From the NCBI GenBank assembly GCA_964342825.1, contig CAYFHO010000033.1, forward strand, positions 1 through 48,902: a stretch of DNA of 48,902 bases. The letters run 5' to 3'. This stretch comes from an uncultured Verrucomicrobiota bacterium. Its GTDB lineage: Bacteria > Verrucomicrobiota > Verrucomicrobiia > Limisphaerales > AAA164-E04. Below the pieces are notes generated by a model. It ran no database searches. It saw only the letters and a list, made by a program, of their open reading frames with translations, and was not told where the DNA came from. Each line of letters starts with the position of its first letter. The stretch's first letter is position 1. Position numbers and translations under genes: made by a program. Shown here in pieces: positions 1-8,844 of this stretch.

Positions 1-3000
1 ACAACAATCCCATCAAATCAGTTCTCTTGGATTCACCCGCCACTCCAATTTGTTTGGCCAGATTCGCTCCGATCATGGGTAAGTAACAATCCTGAATGAG
101 TTGATTGCGTACAAAAGAACTCAACACTCCGGCAGTCAATTCATTCAAGCGAAACTCTTTGGATTGGGTCTGAATAAGGGATTTCTTGGCATTTTGAAAC
201 TCCCTGAACTGGAGTGCTTCATGATTCGTGTACTGCTCCATTTGCCCCATGAACTGGGCATAATTTAACGTGTATGTCGCACCATTGATTTTTGGATGAT
301 CTCCTTTTAAGCCCTCGATGGAACGGTAGGGAGTCACATCCATCTTTCCTGTGGGCAGTTTGGATTCTCTCCATAATAAGAAACACCCCTCATCAAGGTA
401 TTCCAAATGCTCAGGAGCTTCTTGATCCAAAAATCCATGCATCCATTCGCGAAGAAGTTGAAAATGGGCGGTCAAATCAGATTTAACACGCTCCCTGGCT
501 TCCTGAAATTTATCAGTTAAGTGATGTTGCCGGAGGTGCCCCTCAAATCCTTCCACCATCTGGTGACTCAAAGCGGTGGTGGGATGTGGCTCGGATTCTT
601 GTAATTGCTCGAAAAGATATTTCGCAGCATGATCTCCTAATGATGCGTCAAAAAGACCTGTGGAATCGATGAAGGAGACCATTTGGGATTTCAGTTGATC
701 CAAATAATCATGTTCTTGTTGCGAGCCAGGGAAAGCTTGACGCATGGCTCCGAAGGCTTTGATGCGTGCTGCCAGCAATATGTATCTTTCGCAAGTTTCA
801 CTGGAAGCCCAAGCCAATGCGGCACAAATACGAGCAGACGGCGCATATCTCAGCAAGCCCAGGTTTTGATGCATTTGAACCAAATTCTTCAAAATAAGTG
901 CAGCATCCATGTCATGCACTCCTTTGTTGTAGCCTTCGCTCATCCTTTGGACAGCAGCATCAGTCACGTAACTCTCCAGTTGTTCGTCGTCCCAATCTGC
1001 TGCTTCCACAATTCTTCCAGAATGTTCAAGGCCCTTGAAAATTTCATAAGCCAGGTATTCTGCACGGTAGATGAGTTGATTTTCCGAAATGAACTCCTGT
1101 CCCCAAATTTGCTTTGCTGATTGTATTGCCGGTTCCTTGAGCGGAAGAAAAAGACGTGTTCCGGTTAGGTGAAGGCAGAGATCATCGCCTCGCGGGAGGC
1201 AGGTCAACTGGGGTTCCTGACGATTGACGGCAAATTCAAAACTACCAAATCGAATCGCCCCTTCCGCTCCCACATAGAGCTCGTTGCGATCCTTGAGTTG
1301 TCGGATGGATTCTTCTTTGAGTGTCTTTAAGCGGTTCTGAATTGCTGATACTTTCTGAACCTCGCCCGCATTTTCCAATAAACCCGTCAAATCACGAATT
1401 TTGGACACCATCATGTCTCCAGCAAAAAAACCATGAATGGCTTCAGATGTCTCCAATCGCATCACTCGGTGTTGAATGCCTTCCAGGATTCGTTCGGCAG
1501 TGGCGAAATGGGTGGCGTTTCTCCGATTGGATCTCTCAACAAGTTCCAAACGTCGGGCTTCGAATGCATCGGCGATGCGGGTGCGTCGATCGGCTAATTC
1601 GAGAACAAACGACTCGTTTTCAGCAAAGCCAGCTTCAAGCTCTTCCACTTGAACCATGAGTTTGGTTTGGAATTCCTGGCATTTATCAGGCGTGTCACAT
1701 CGTTCCAGGAAATGGATGATTCCTTGATCCAGCAATTGGGATTGTGAAGCAAATTCTGCCGAAAGTTCATTCGAGGAAAGTGATTTGATGCGTTTGCGAA
1801 TAGCTGCCCGTAGCTGATTTACTTTTACGAACACATTGGAGATGCTCTCAATAATTCGTGCTTTTTCGGTGGGATCTTCAATACGCAAATTTCCAACCAC
1901 CTCGGTCATCATTTCCAGTTCATGCCCCGCCTGATTGAGATCTTCCTCCAGCGGCCTGGCTTCAACTGTTTTGCTTGTCTGGGGCAATTTGGACTCAAGC
2001 TCAGAAAGTCGATCCAGGTAAGGATCCAAGCCATCAGGTTTACCCAGGAAGATCAAGGTGTTTTTCGCGACTTTCTCTTCGCATTCGACAACCTCTTGTT
2101 CAAGAAGATCAGCAGCATCAAGATCCATGTAGCGCATCTCCTTGAGAGAAAGCACATGTCCCCGTAATTCTCGCAGATTCGCGAGAGTTTCCACATAGGG
2201 ATCTAGATGATCCCAATGGTCGAACCCAGGTTGACGGGTGATGGCATGGACTTTTTTCCGGGTCTCCTTAAGTGAATGGTCGGCATGCTGACGCAGTTGT
2301 CTGACTTTATCAAACTCGGCCAAGGCACTTTTGGCAGCTTCCCGGATACCATGAAGTGGCACTGAAAGTTTAAAGGTTTCTTCCTGATCCAGCCAATGGA
2401 AAGAGTCTTCAATGTCACCCGCGTTTTTAATCAAATCCACATATAGATTGGAATAGGAATCTGGCTGTCTCAGGAGCGCCAGCAGTTCGTTGCAATCCGC
2501 CATACATCGCACCAGATCAGGGTTCCCAATTTTACGGATCTGAGGATATTCCTCAGAAATCACTTCGACCGGATTCTTGGCGAAGGGGGTCTGCCAAATC
2601 TGGATAAGATGGTGTTTACGAGGATCTCCTTCTGATTTGAACAGCGCCATTTCTCCACTCTCGAAGAAGGCATATCCGTTGCAGTGAATGGGTGTCTCTA
2701 CTGTTTGCCGAATAATGTTATAGGGAAGAAGTACATAATGGCCATCTGCTCGATGATAGAAACAAAACAGAAAATCTTCTCCGTTCGCAGCCACCAAACG
2801 TCCGTCGTAGACCATACGGGCATGTTTGCTTTCAAATTGCTTGAAGTCTCCTGTTTGAAGGTAGTAGCCATTGTGAAAAATGATTCCCTGGTCTTCGGGC
2901 AACCTGATGCAGGCATCACCCACTGCGTCAATCCTGGCAACTGCCTTGAGTTTCTCGTTAAAGACGAAGTATCGAAACTCTTTCTCCTGATAAGGCTTAA

Positions 3001-3829
3001 CCTTGAGAAGAATCAAGTTTCCCATGCTTGCGTAAAATACCTCGGCATCGTCCAGGGTTTGATCAGGATGCGAGACTTCCTCTGAATAAATCCCTTCTCC
3101 AGTTTCGGTATTGTCCTCAACCTTAATTGTCAGGTCTCCTCCCACGCATTCGACAAACAATCGATCCTCAATGGATATGTGCGGGTGGAGGCCATGACGG
3201 TGAAGATCGCGATGCGTCCGGGCCCATTGAACATCGTGTTGTGCCGGAAACTGGAATTCGTGATCGAATCGGTTGCCGACATATTCCAGATGCCCATCGT
3301 GACATATCCATTTAAAAGTTTTGATATCCGTCACATCCTTACCCACACAGAACACCATGAAAAGGTGCGGGCCAATGATGGAAAATTTGGCAAAAACGGT
3401 ATGCTTATAATATTTATAGAGTGATTTGAAATCTTCCTCAAAATCACCATCCTTCAGGACATCGATTGAAATTTCACGGAAGTGCCCCTCTTTCAATTCA
3501 TAAACACCAAAAACATCCTTAAGATCTATGCCTGTCCGAAGCCCCATGTGTACATTGTAGGCAAACAGGAAAGTGTTTCCGTTCAAGGGAACGATGTCTC
3601 GGGAAATGCAATTGTTATGGGTGGTGACTCGCTCCGAACGTTGGAGTTCAAACTCAATGGAACCAAATGCCAATTTGCGCGCTTCATTGAGTTTTTGTAA
3701 TCGCTCCTTCAGGTCCTTCTCATGATTGGAAAGCCGGTTGAGAATAACCTCATAAGTTCCCTTTTCCAAGACAGGTTCCTGCATTTTCGCCTCGTTCAGG
3801 GAGGCAGAAGTTTCAGCTAGATCAGCCAT
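1..3829 (-). CDS. Giant hypothetical protein, partial (start ATG at 3829-3827; continues past window position 1; at least 1276 codons). Beta-rich repetitive N-terminal region followed by a long alpha-helical/coiled-coil region. No Walker A seen.
   Basis: The ORF track reports no ORF above 145 aa on any reported frame across 3.8 kb. I translated the minus strand by hand at 3829 (MADLAETSASLNEAKMQEPVLEKGTYEV...), at about 1018 (GRIVEAADWDDEQ) and at about 58 (AKQIGVAGESKRTDLMGLL). All three lie in the same frame (codon high coordinate = 1 mod 3), and no minus-strand ORF of that frame appears in the track. That fits one uninterrupted ORF that was not reported because it has no stop inside the window. 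Function unknown. Confidence 0.55.
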   Translation of the reverse strand, partial: MADLAETSASLNEAKMQEPVLEKGTYEVILNRLSNHEKDLKERLQKLNEARKLAFGSIEFELQRSERVTTHNNCISRDIVPLNGNTFLFAYNVHMGLRTGIDLKDVFGVYELKEGHFREISIDVLKDGDFEEDFKSLYKYYKHTVFAKFSIIGPHLFMVFCVGKDVTDIKTFKWICHDGHLEYVGNRFDHEFQFPAQHDVQWARTHRDLHRHGLHPHISIEDRLFVECVGGDLTIKVEDNTETGEGIYSEEVSHPDQTLDDAEVFYASMGNLILLKVKPYQEKEFRYFVFNEKLKAVARIDAVGDACIRLPEDQGIIFHNGYYLQTGDFKQFESKHARMVYDGRLVAANGEDFLFCFYHRADGHYVLLPYNIIRQTVETPIHCNGYAFFESGEMALFKSEGDPRKHHLIQIWQTPFAKNPVEVISEEYPQIRKIGNPDLVRCMADCNELLALLRQPDSYSNLYVDLIKNAGDIEDSFHWLDQEETFKLSVPLHGIREAAKSALAEFDKVRQLRQHADHSLKETRKKVHAITRQPGFDHWDHLDPYVETLANLRELRGHVLSLKEMRYMDLDAADLLEQEVVECEEKVAKNTLIFLGKPDGLDPYLDRLSELESKLPQTSKTVEARPLEEDLNQAGHELEMMTEVVGNLRIEDPTEKARIIESISNVFVKVNQLRAAIRKRIKSLSSNELSAEFASQSQLLDQGIIHFLERCDTPDKCQEFQTKLMVQVEELEAGFAENESFVLELADRRTRIADAFEARRLELVERSNRRNATHFATAERILEGIQHRVMRLETSEAIHGFFAGDMMVSKIRDLTGLLENAGEVQKVSAIQNRLKTLKEESIRQLKDRNELYVGAEGAIRFGSFEFAVNRQEPQLTCLPRGDDLCLHLTGTRLFLPLKEPAIQSAKQIWGQEFISENQLIYRAEYLAYEIFKGLEHSGRIVEAADWDDEQLESYVTDAAVQRMSEGYNKGVHDMDAALILKNLVQMHQNLGLLRYAPSARICAALAWASSETCERYILLAARIKAFGAMRQAFPGSQQEHDYLDQLKSQMVSFIDSTGLFDASLGDHAAKYLFEQLQESEPHPTTALSHQMVEGFEGHLRQHHLTDKFQEARERVKSDLTAHFQLLREWMHGFLDQEAPEHLEYLDEGCFLLWRESKLPTGKMDVTPYRSIEGLKGDHPKINGATYTLNYAQFMGQMEQYTNHEALQFREFQNAKKSLIQTQSKEFRLNELTAGVLSSFVRNQLIQDCYLPMIGANLAKQIGVAGESKRTDLMGLL

Positions 3830-4030
3830 TGTTAAAGCCTGGTTGCAAAACGTGGTTTATAGCTCTGGTCATTTTGGAGGGTTCCCTGTAATGAAATGGA
3901 AGCCATCAGATTGCAGGAATCATGCAAAACCAAATACATTCCCACATTGAAAATGATCCGCACTTAATTGAATGAGCCAGAAAAGTTGGACAAATTTCGT
4001 TCTGAACTTTCCTGGCTCCATCTGTTGTCA

Positions 4031-6097
4031 TCATCCGACTCTTGACTTCAAAACGGTCTCCACCTTCTTATCCCCGAGACCAAGATTCCTGGCTTGTTGA
4101 AGAAGAGATTCCAACAACCCCTTTGAACCCTCACCATCGGCTTGTGCCATAGCCTTGGTCAGGGCGGCTGTAATGGTCAAATTCTTGACTCCATCCGTAG
4201 AAAGCCCAATCCGTTCAACGATTTCTCTGAGTTGTTTCTGGAAATGATCTGGATCTCCATCCTTAAAGAATGTGTTTTTCACATCAGACAATGTCTCACT
4301 ATGTTGCATCATTCGGTCCACACTCATCCCGGAAGTCACCGCACTGGTGATTCGATCGAAGAACTGATTCTCACCGCCGATGATGTCAATATTGGAATGT
4401 TTCAGAGCTTCCCCAATGACATTGGCCTGGTACTCGGCAATTTCCTCTTGGACGCTGATTTGTTTCAACCGAATCTCTTTGTCGGTTTCCAGTCTCAATT
4501 TGAACTCCTCGTGCTCGCGTCCAACACCATCGAATTCCTTCATGGCAGCGGCTTTCTCGGTAATACCTTTAGCTTCAGCAGCAAATTTCCATTCCAATAC
4601 TTTGGCTGCAGCTGCTCCATCCTTCTCTTTGGCGGATGCCATGGCTTCGACCACTTGAACCTCGCCCAGTCCGGTGGCAGCCGTTTCGGCAGCGACTGCT
4701 TCTGCGATAGCTTTTTTGGCATTGGCCTCTTTGCGGGCGGCTGCCTCTCTGGCCTCTGCTTCAATCAAAACCTCTTCCGCATGCTTTTCAGCAGCTTCTT
4801 TTTTAGCTTGAGCTGCAACGACGGTCCTGAACTTGTCTTCCTCGGCTTTGTGTTCGGCCGCCTTCCGTGAAGCCTCAGCCTGTTTGATGTCTTTGACCAA
4901 TGCCTCTTCGGCCTCCTTCTCAGCCTGAGTGACAGCCACTTTCTTGTCACGGTCTGCAGTGGCAAAAGCTTCTGTGTCTTTCAGCCTTTGCTGCTCCAAT
5001 ATCACCGTTTTCTCAACTTCAAGCCTTTCACGGATAGCGTCCTGTATCACTTTCTTTTCAATCTCTATGGCTTTGTCCCGCTCTATTTGAGACAAGGAGA
5101 CCAACCGTTCACGCTCGGTCGCTTCAAGTAATCTATCTTTTTCGACTCGTTCCTTTTCAATGGCATCCGTTCGCTCCTTGTTGCGCTGAGCAACGATGAC
5201 CTGGCGATTTTTGTTTTCCTCAGCCACCTGAATTTCCTCGTCGGAAGCGATCCTGGCCTGTTCCGCTTTCAACCTTTCTGCTTCTTCAACTTTCTTCGCT
5301 TCAGCTGACTCACGGGCCGTCACCGACGCTATTTCACGTTGCTGTTTTTGTTCAGCCTCGGCTTGTTGACGTTCCAACTCAAGGATGGCTTCTCGTGCTT
5401 CCACATCTTGTTTTTTGATGGTCTTCTCACGGTCACGATCTATGTTGTTTGCCAGCACTTTTTGAGTCGCCGTAAGTTCGGTAATCTTCTTAATACCTTC
5501 CGAGTCCAAAATGTTATCGGGATTCAGCATTTGAAGTGAAGTCTGCTCCAGATAATCTATCGCCACGTCTTCAAGTACAAATCCATTGAGATCAGTTCCA
5601 ATGATCTGGATGATGCCTTCCTTGAGTTTCTCGCGCGAATTATATAGATCAACGAAATTGAACTGACGCCCTACCGTCTTTAAGGATTCGGAAAATTTGG
5701 CATCAAATAATTCAACGATGGCTTCCTGACTGGAAGCACGTCCACAACCAATGGATTGAGCCACTTTTAGGACATCCTGCACCGTTTGATTGACTCTGAC
5801 AAAAAACGCAACCTTGATGTCCGCTCTCATATTATCCATACAGATCAAACCATTCTTTCCCTGGCGATCGATTTCGACTCGTTTGACGGATATGTCCATG
5901 ATTTCTGCCTGATGAATGACAGGCAGCACAATGGCTCCTGAAAAATAAACTCGAGTTCCCCCAATCCCGTTTCTTACAAGAGCCCTCCCCTGCTCCACCT
6001 TGCGATACCACTTGGAAATCATGAAAGCGACTCCCAGTAAAACGACTGCGATGATGATACCAACCGTCCACACTAAACCTTCAATTAACATGAGCAT
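4031..6097 (-). CDS. Flotillin-like SPFH/band-7 protein (YqiK-type). N-terminal TM helix, SPFH domain, long Glu/Ala/Lys-rich coiled-coil, flotillin C-terminal region.
   Basis: The 688 aa ORF has an N-terminal hydrophobic helix (LVWTVGIIIAVVLLGVAFMI). SPFH-like segment: GGTRVYFSGAIVLPVIHQAEIMDIS...RADIKVAFFVRV. About 280 aa of EA/K-rich repeats follow, typical of bacterial flotillins. It lies 14 bp downstream of an NfeD-like gene, as in the yqiJ-yqiK arrangement. Confidence 0.8.
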   Translation of the reverse strand: MLMLIEGLVWTVGIIIAVVLLGVAFMISKWYRKVEQGRALVRNGIGGTRVYFSGAIVLPVIHQAEIMDISVKRVEIDRQGKNGLICMDNMRADIKVAFFVRVNQTVQDVLKVAQSIGCGRASSQEAIVELFDAKFSESLKTVGRQFNFVDLYNSREKLKEGIIQIIGTDLNGFVLEDVAIDYLEQTSLQMLNPDNILDSEGIKKITELTATQKVLANNIDRDREKTIKKQDVEAREAILELERQQAEAEQKQQREIASVTARESAEAKKVEEAERLKAEQARIASDEEIQVAEENKNRQVIVAQRNKERTDAIEKERVEKDRLLEATERERLVSLSQIERDKAIEIEKKVIQDAIRERLEVEKTVILEQQRLKDTEAFATADRDKKVAVTQAEKEAEEALVKDIKQAEASRKAAEHKAEEDKFRTVVAAQAKKEAAEKHAEEVLIEAEAREAAARKEANAKKAIAEAVAAETAATGLGEVQVVEAMASAKEKDGAAAAKVLEWKFAAEAKGITEKAAAMKEFDGVGREHEEFKLRLETDKEIRLKQISVQEEIAEYQANVIGEALKHSNIDIIGGENQFFDRITSAVTSGMSVDRMMQHSETLSDVKNTFFKDGDPDHFQKQLREIVERIGLSTDGVKNLTITAALTKAMAQADGEGSKGLLESLLQQARNLGLGDKKVETVLKSRVG

Positions 6098-6110
6098 ATT
6101 GTTCTTCTTT

Positions 6111-6755
6111 CTATTGTTCGATGATGCCTAATGGTTTGACTCTGAAACTGGATACGTCGGGTAATTCTTCAACAATGACGACCGATTCACCCTTGGCGTA
6201 AGTTTGACCTTCCAATGCCCTGGCTGAAATGACAAGAGGGGCTCCTTCGGTTTCGATTTCCACCTGCCCGAAACGGTCATTCACTTCGCTGGTGATGACT
6301 TTTCCATAGCGGCCAGCCATCGGAAGTGTTTCTTCACCTTCACGATTGAGTTCTTTGAATAAAAGACGAAATGGTCGTGCACAAAAATGAGTCACGACTC
6401 CTGCCAGGATCAAATTCGGTATTACCAAAAACAACAAAATCCAGGTGGAGGGAACTGTCCAATAATGGTTTAAAATGATCGATCCAACCCATAGGGAAAT
6501 CACCATAAAACTGGCAACAATCATAGTGGGAACCTGGCCTAGATTAAGAAATTGCAACACCCCAGCCAACCACCCAGTTTCATTGGGTATGGCCCCCTCC
6601 AGATCAGTGTCGGCATCTGAAAAAAAATCAAAATCTCCCAGATCGATATCGAGGGCGCCCAATATGACAAGAAGCCAATAAAGCAAAACGATCCCCAGCA
6701 GAATGGTGTAGGGCAAGTTCACCCACCGAATGGATTCGTTAAAGATTTCGATCAT
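6111..6755 (-). CDS. NfeD/YqiJ-like membrane protein with C-terminal OB-fold, partner of the flotillin
   Basis: 214 aa. Several TM helices, then a C-terminal beta-rich segment (GRYGKVITSEVNDRFGQVEIETEGAPLVISARALEGQTYAKGESVVIVE) typical of short NfeD homologues. Immediately upstream of and co-oriented with the flotillin gene. Confidence 0.7.
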   Translation of the reverse strand: MIEIFNESIRWVNLPYTILLGIVLLYWLLVILGALDIDLGDFDFFSDADTDLEGAIPNETGWLAGVLQFLNLGQVPTMIVASFMVISLWVGSIILNHYWTVPSTWILLFLVIPNLILAGVVTHFCARPFRLLFKELNREGEETLPMAGRYGKVITSEVNDRFGQVEIETEGAPLVISARALEGQTYAKGESVVIVEELPDVSSFRVKPLGIIEQ

Positions 6756-7148
6756 TTCACGTACATGTAGAACTCTTCCTTGCAGCTTCCATTCAACTTG
6801 AATGGATTCATCACGGGGAGAATCCTATGACAAGCACGCGATCAACGCATTTATAATCCAGCTGTATTTTTGTACCGATTTACGAAACTAGCAACAAAGC
6901 ATTGTCACGGTCTCCGATATCTTACGTGAAAATTAAACGATCTGGATCATCCCTGATATCAATATGTTGATGGAAACATACGGATTTAGTTCTGTACCTA
7001 CGTTTCATGCAATTAAATTCGATGTCTTGTCGGGGATTAAGGTTTGATGTCGCGTTTTTGTTTGTGAAATATTAGATTTGCCCGACTTCCCTTGTTGGAA
7101 ACTACCTGAATTGGAAACATGGTAGCCGTCGCTCTTGATTACGGTGGG

Positions 7149-8141
7149 TTAAGGTTTCAGGACGAGTTTACCTTTTAAGACTCCAGATCCATCTACTGTA
7201 TTTTCCGCTTGGAGTCTGTGAGCTTCTGCAGTTTCGGAAAGAGGCAGGACACGATCAATTCGAGCCTTTAGTTTTCCATCTTTCATCCATTGATTGATAT
7301 CATTAGCGCAATGAGCCTGCGCGTCAGGAGTGGCACCGAACATGACGAATCCATGCAAACGGCATTGTTTCACATAGAAAGGGCCCACAGGAAAGTTGGG
7401 TCTTGCTTCACGACCGGCCATCAAAATCATGCATCCCCTTGGAGCCAATGATGACACCGCCAGATCAAAATTTGGTTCTCTTAATGTTTCCCACCAGACA
7501 GAAACACCCTCGGGTGCAAGACTTTTCAACCTGTCCTCTATGGACTCTTCCTTGTAAAGGATAACTTCATCTGCCCCAATGGAGACACATAACTCAGCTT
7601 TGTCCGCATCGCCGGCAGTGGTGATGACTCGGGCCCCTGCAATTTTAGCCATTTGTACGACCATGGATCCAACACCCCCGCTCCCACCGGGAACAAACAA
7701 TGTCTGCCCTGCTTGTAATTGAGATTCTGAAAACAAGCCCAAATGCGCCGTGATCCCAACAAGGGATACTGCCGCGATATCCTCTGAAGTCACGTTGTCT
7801 GGGGTATGATATGCCCAATGTTCATCAATCACGATCTGTTCAGCAAACGTCCCCTGGCGGCCGAGTAGACCCTGGTTGCTTCCCCAGACACGATCGCCCA
7901 CAGAAAAACGCGATGCCCCTTCACCCTTCCCAATCACCCGACCCGCGAAATCGCATCCGACAATGAACGGTTTTGGGGTCTCCATCGGGATCTTCCCTGA
8001 TCGAATGTAAGTATCAATCGGGTTGACTGAAACAGCTTCTACCTGGATGAGGATTTGACCTTTGCCTGGAGTCGGCACAGGCAATTCTGAATATTGAATG
8101 ACTTCATGGGTTCCTGTTTCTTGAATGAAGGCTGCTTTCAT
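7149..8141 (-). CDS. NADPH:quinone oxidoreductase / zinc-independent medium-chain dehydrogenase-reductase family protein
   Basis: 330 aa. The GroES-like N-terminus and a Rossmann motif FVPGGSGGVGSMVVQMAKIAGARVITTAG are typical of Qor-like MDR enzymes. Overall length and layout match. Confidence 0.75.
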   Translation of the reverse strand: MKAAFIQETGTHEVIQYSELPVPTPGKGQILIQVEAVSVNPIDTYIRSGKIPMETPKPFIVGCDFAGRVIGKGEGASRFSVGDRVWGSNQGLLGRQGTFAEQIVIDEHWAYHTPDNVTSEDIAAVSLVGITAHLGLFSESQLQAGQTLFVPGGSGGVGSMVVQMAKIAGARVITTAGDADKAELCVSIGADEVILYKEESIEDRLKSLAPEGVSVWWETLREPNFDLAVSSLAPRGCMILMAGREARPNFPVGPFYVKQCRLHGFVMFGATPDAQAHCANDINQWMKDGKLKARIDRVLPLSETAEAHRLQAENTVDGSGVLKGKLVLKP

Positions 8142-8247
8142 GGAAGTTTTTTAAAATGGTGTTCAGTCGATTCGCAATCGAATTCTGTGTGTTTCGCCTC
8201 ATCATCATGGAGGAGACATTGAGTGCTTGCCAGTTTATTTCCCCCCG

Positions 8248-8802
8248 TCAGTTCTCGACATTTTTCATGCCCGGCATTCCGTCCAAACTTTGCCGATTTT
8301 TCTCAGCATGGTAATCCTTGATACCCCCTGCACCTTTTTTGGCTGCCCATTTCATCAACCCATCCCGATCTCCTTTGTATTCGTAGAGCGGAACAGAATA
8401 CCCACAAGAATCTCCAATTCGAATGAGGTCCACCACAATGACAGAGCGTGCACCTGTCAGATCTCCAAAATGAGAAGACAACTCGGTAAATTCGGGGGAT
8501 CCGATTTCATGAGCAACGGCATAACCGTGAAACCTGAAAATTTTTGGAGGACCTTCAAATGCGCACATCATGATGACGATACGCTTGTTTTCACGTATAT
8601 GCGCCAAAGTCTCAACTCCACTTCCAGTATAGTCCAAATAGGCCACCTGTTTCGGTGACAAAACCCTGAAACTATCCATTCCTTTCGGAGAGCAGTTGAC
8701 CAATCCCTTTTCAGATAAGGGCGCTGTGGATACAAAGAAAATGCGTTGCTTGGAAATCCACTTTTCAATCCGTTCATCAATAAATTCAAATTCTTTGGCC
8801 AT
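8248..8802 (-). CDS. Pyridoxamine 5'-phosphate oxidase-like FMN-binding family protein (general-stress-protein-26-like)
   Basis: The track ORF is 8248..8889. The likely true start is the internal MAKEFEFIDERIEKW... (Met at 8802), which removes the overlap with the divergent gene. The call rests on a split-barrel PNPOx-like pattern (RIFFVSTAP...GLVNCSPKG...VAYLDY) and a size near 185 aa. Confidence 0.5.
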   Translation of the reverse strand: MAKEFEFIDERIEKWISKQRIFFVSTAPLSEKGLVNCSPKGMDSFRVLSPKQVAYLDYTGSGVETLAHIRENKRIVIMMCAFEGPPKIFRFHGYAVAHEIGSPEFTELSSHFGDLTGARSVIVVDLIRIGDSCGYSVPLYEYKGDRDGLMKWAAKKGAGGIKDYHAEKNRQSLDGMPGMKNVEN

Positions 8803-8844
8803 CGCACGCCTATTTTGTTGGATTCTGCATGAATATTTCAACGG

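Noticed and set aside
683-3085. Plus-strand ORFs of 112-145 aa (683..1120, 1321..1659, 2684..3085) and minus-strand 2203..2418 and 2698..2940 in the first 3.8 kb
   Set aside because: All lie on frames other than the continuous minus-strand frame of the giant edge-truncated ORF. Their translations are compositionally odd. I treat them as shadow ORFs.
4142-4870. 242-aa plus-strand ORF and several 66-92 aa ORFs inside the flotillin gene
   Set aside because: They are antisense or out-of-frame to the E/A/K-rich coiled-coil repeat of the flotillin. The low-complexity sequence generates long spurious ORFs.
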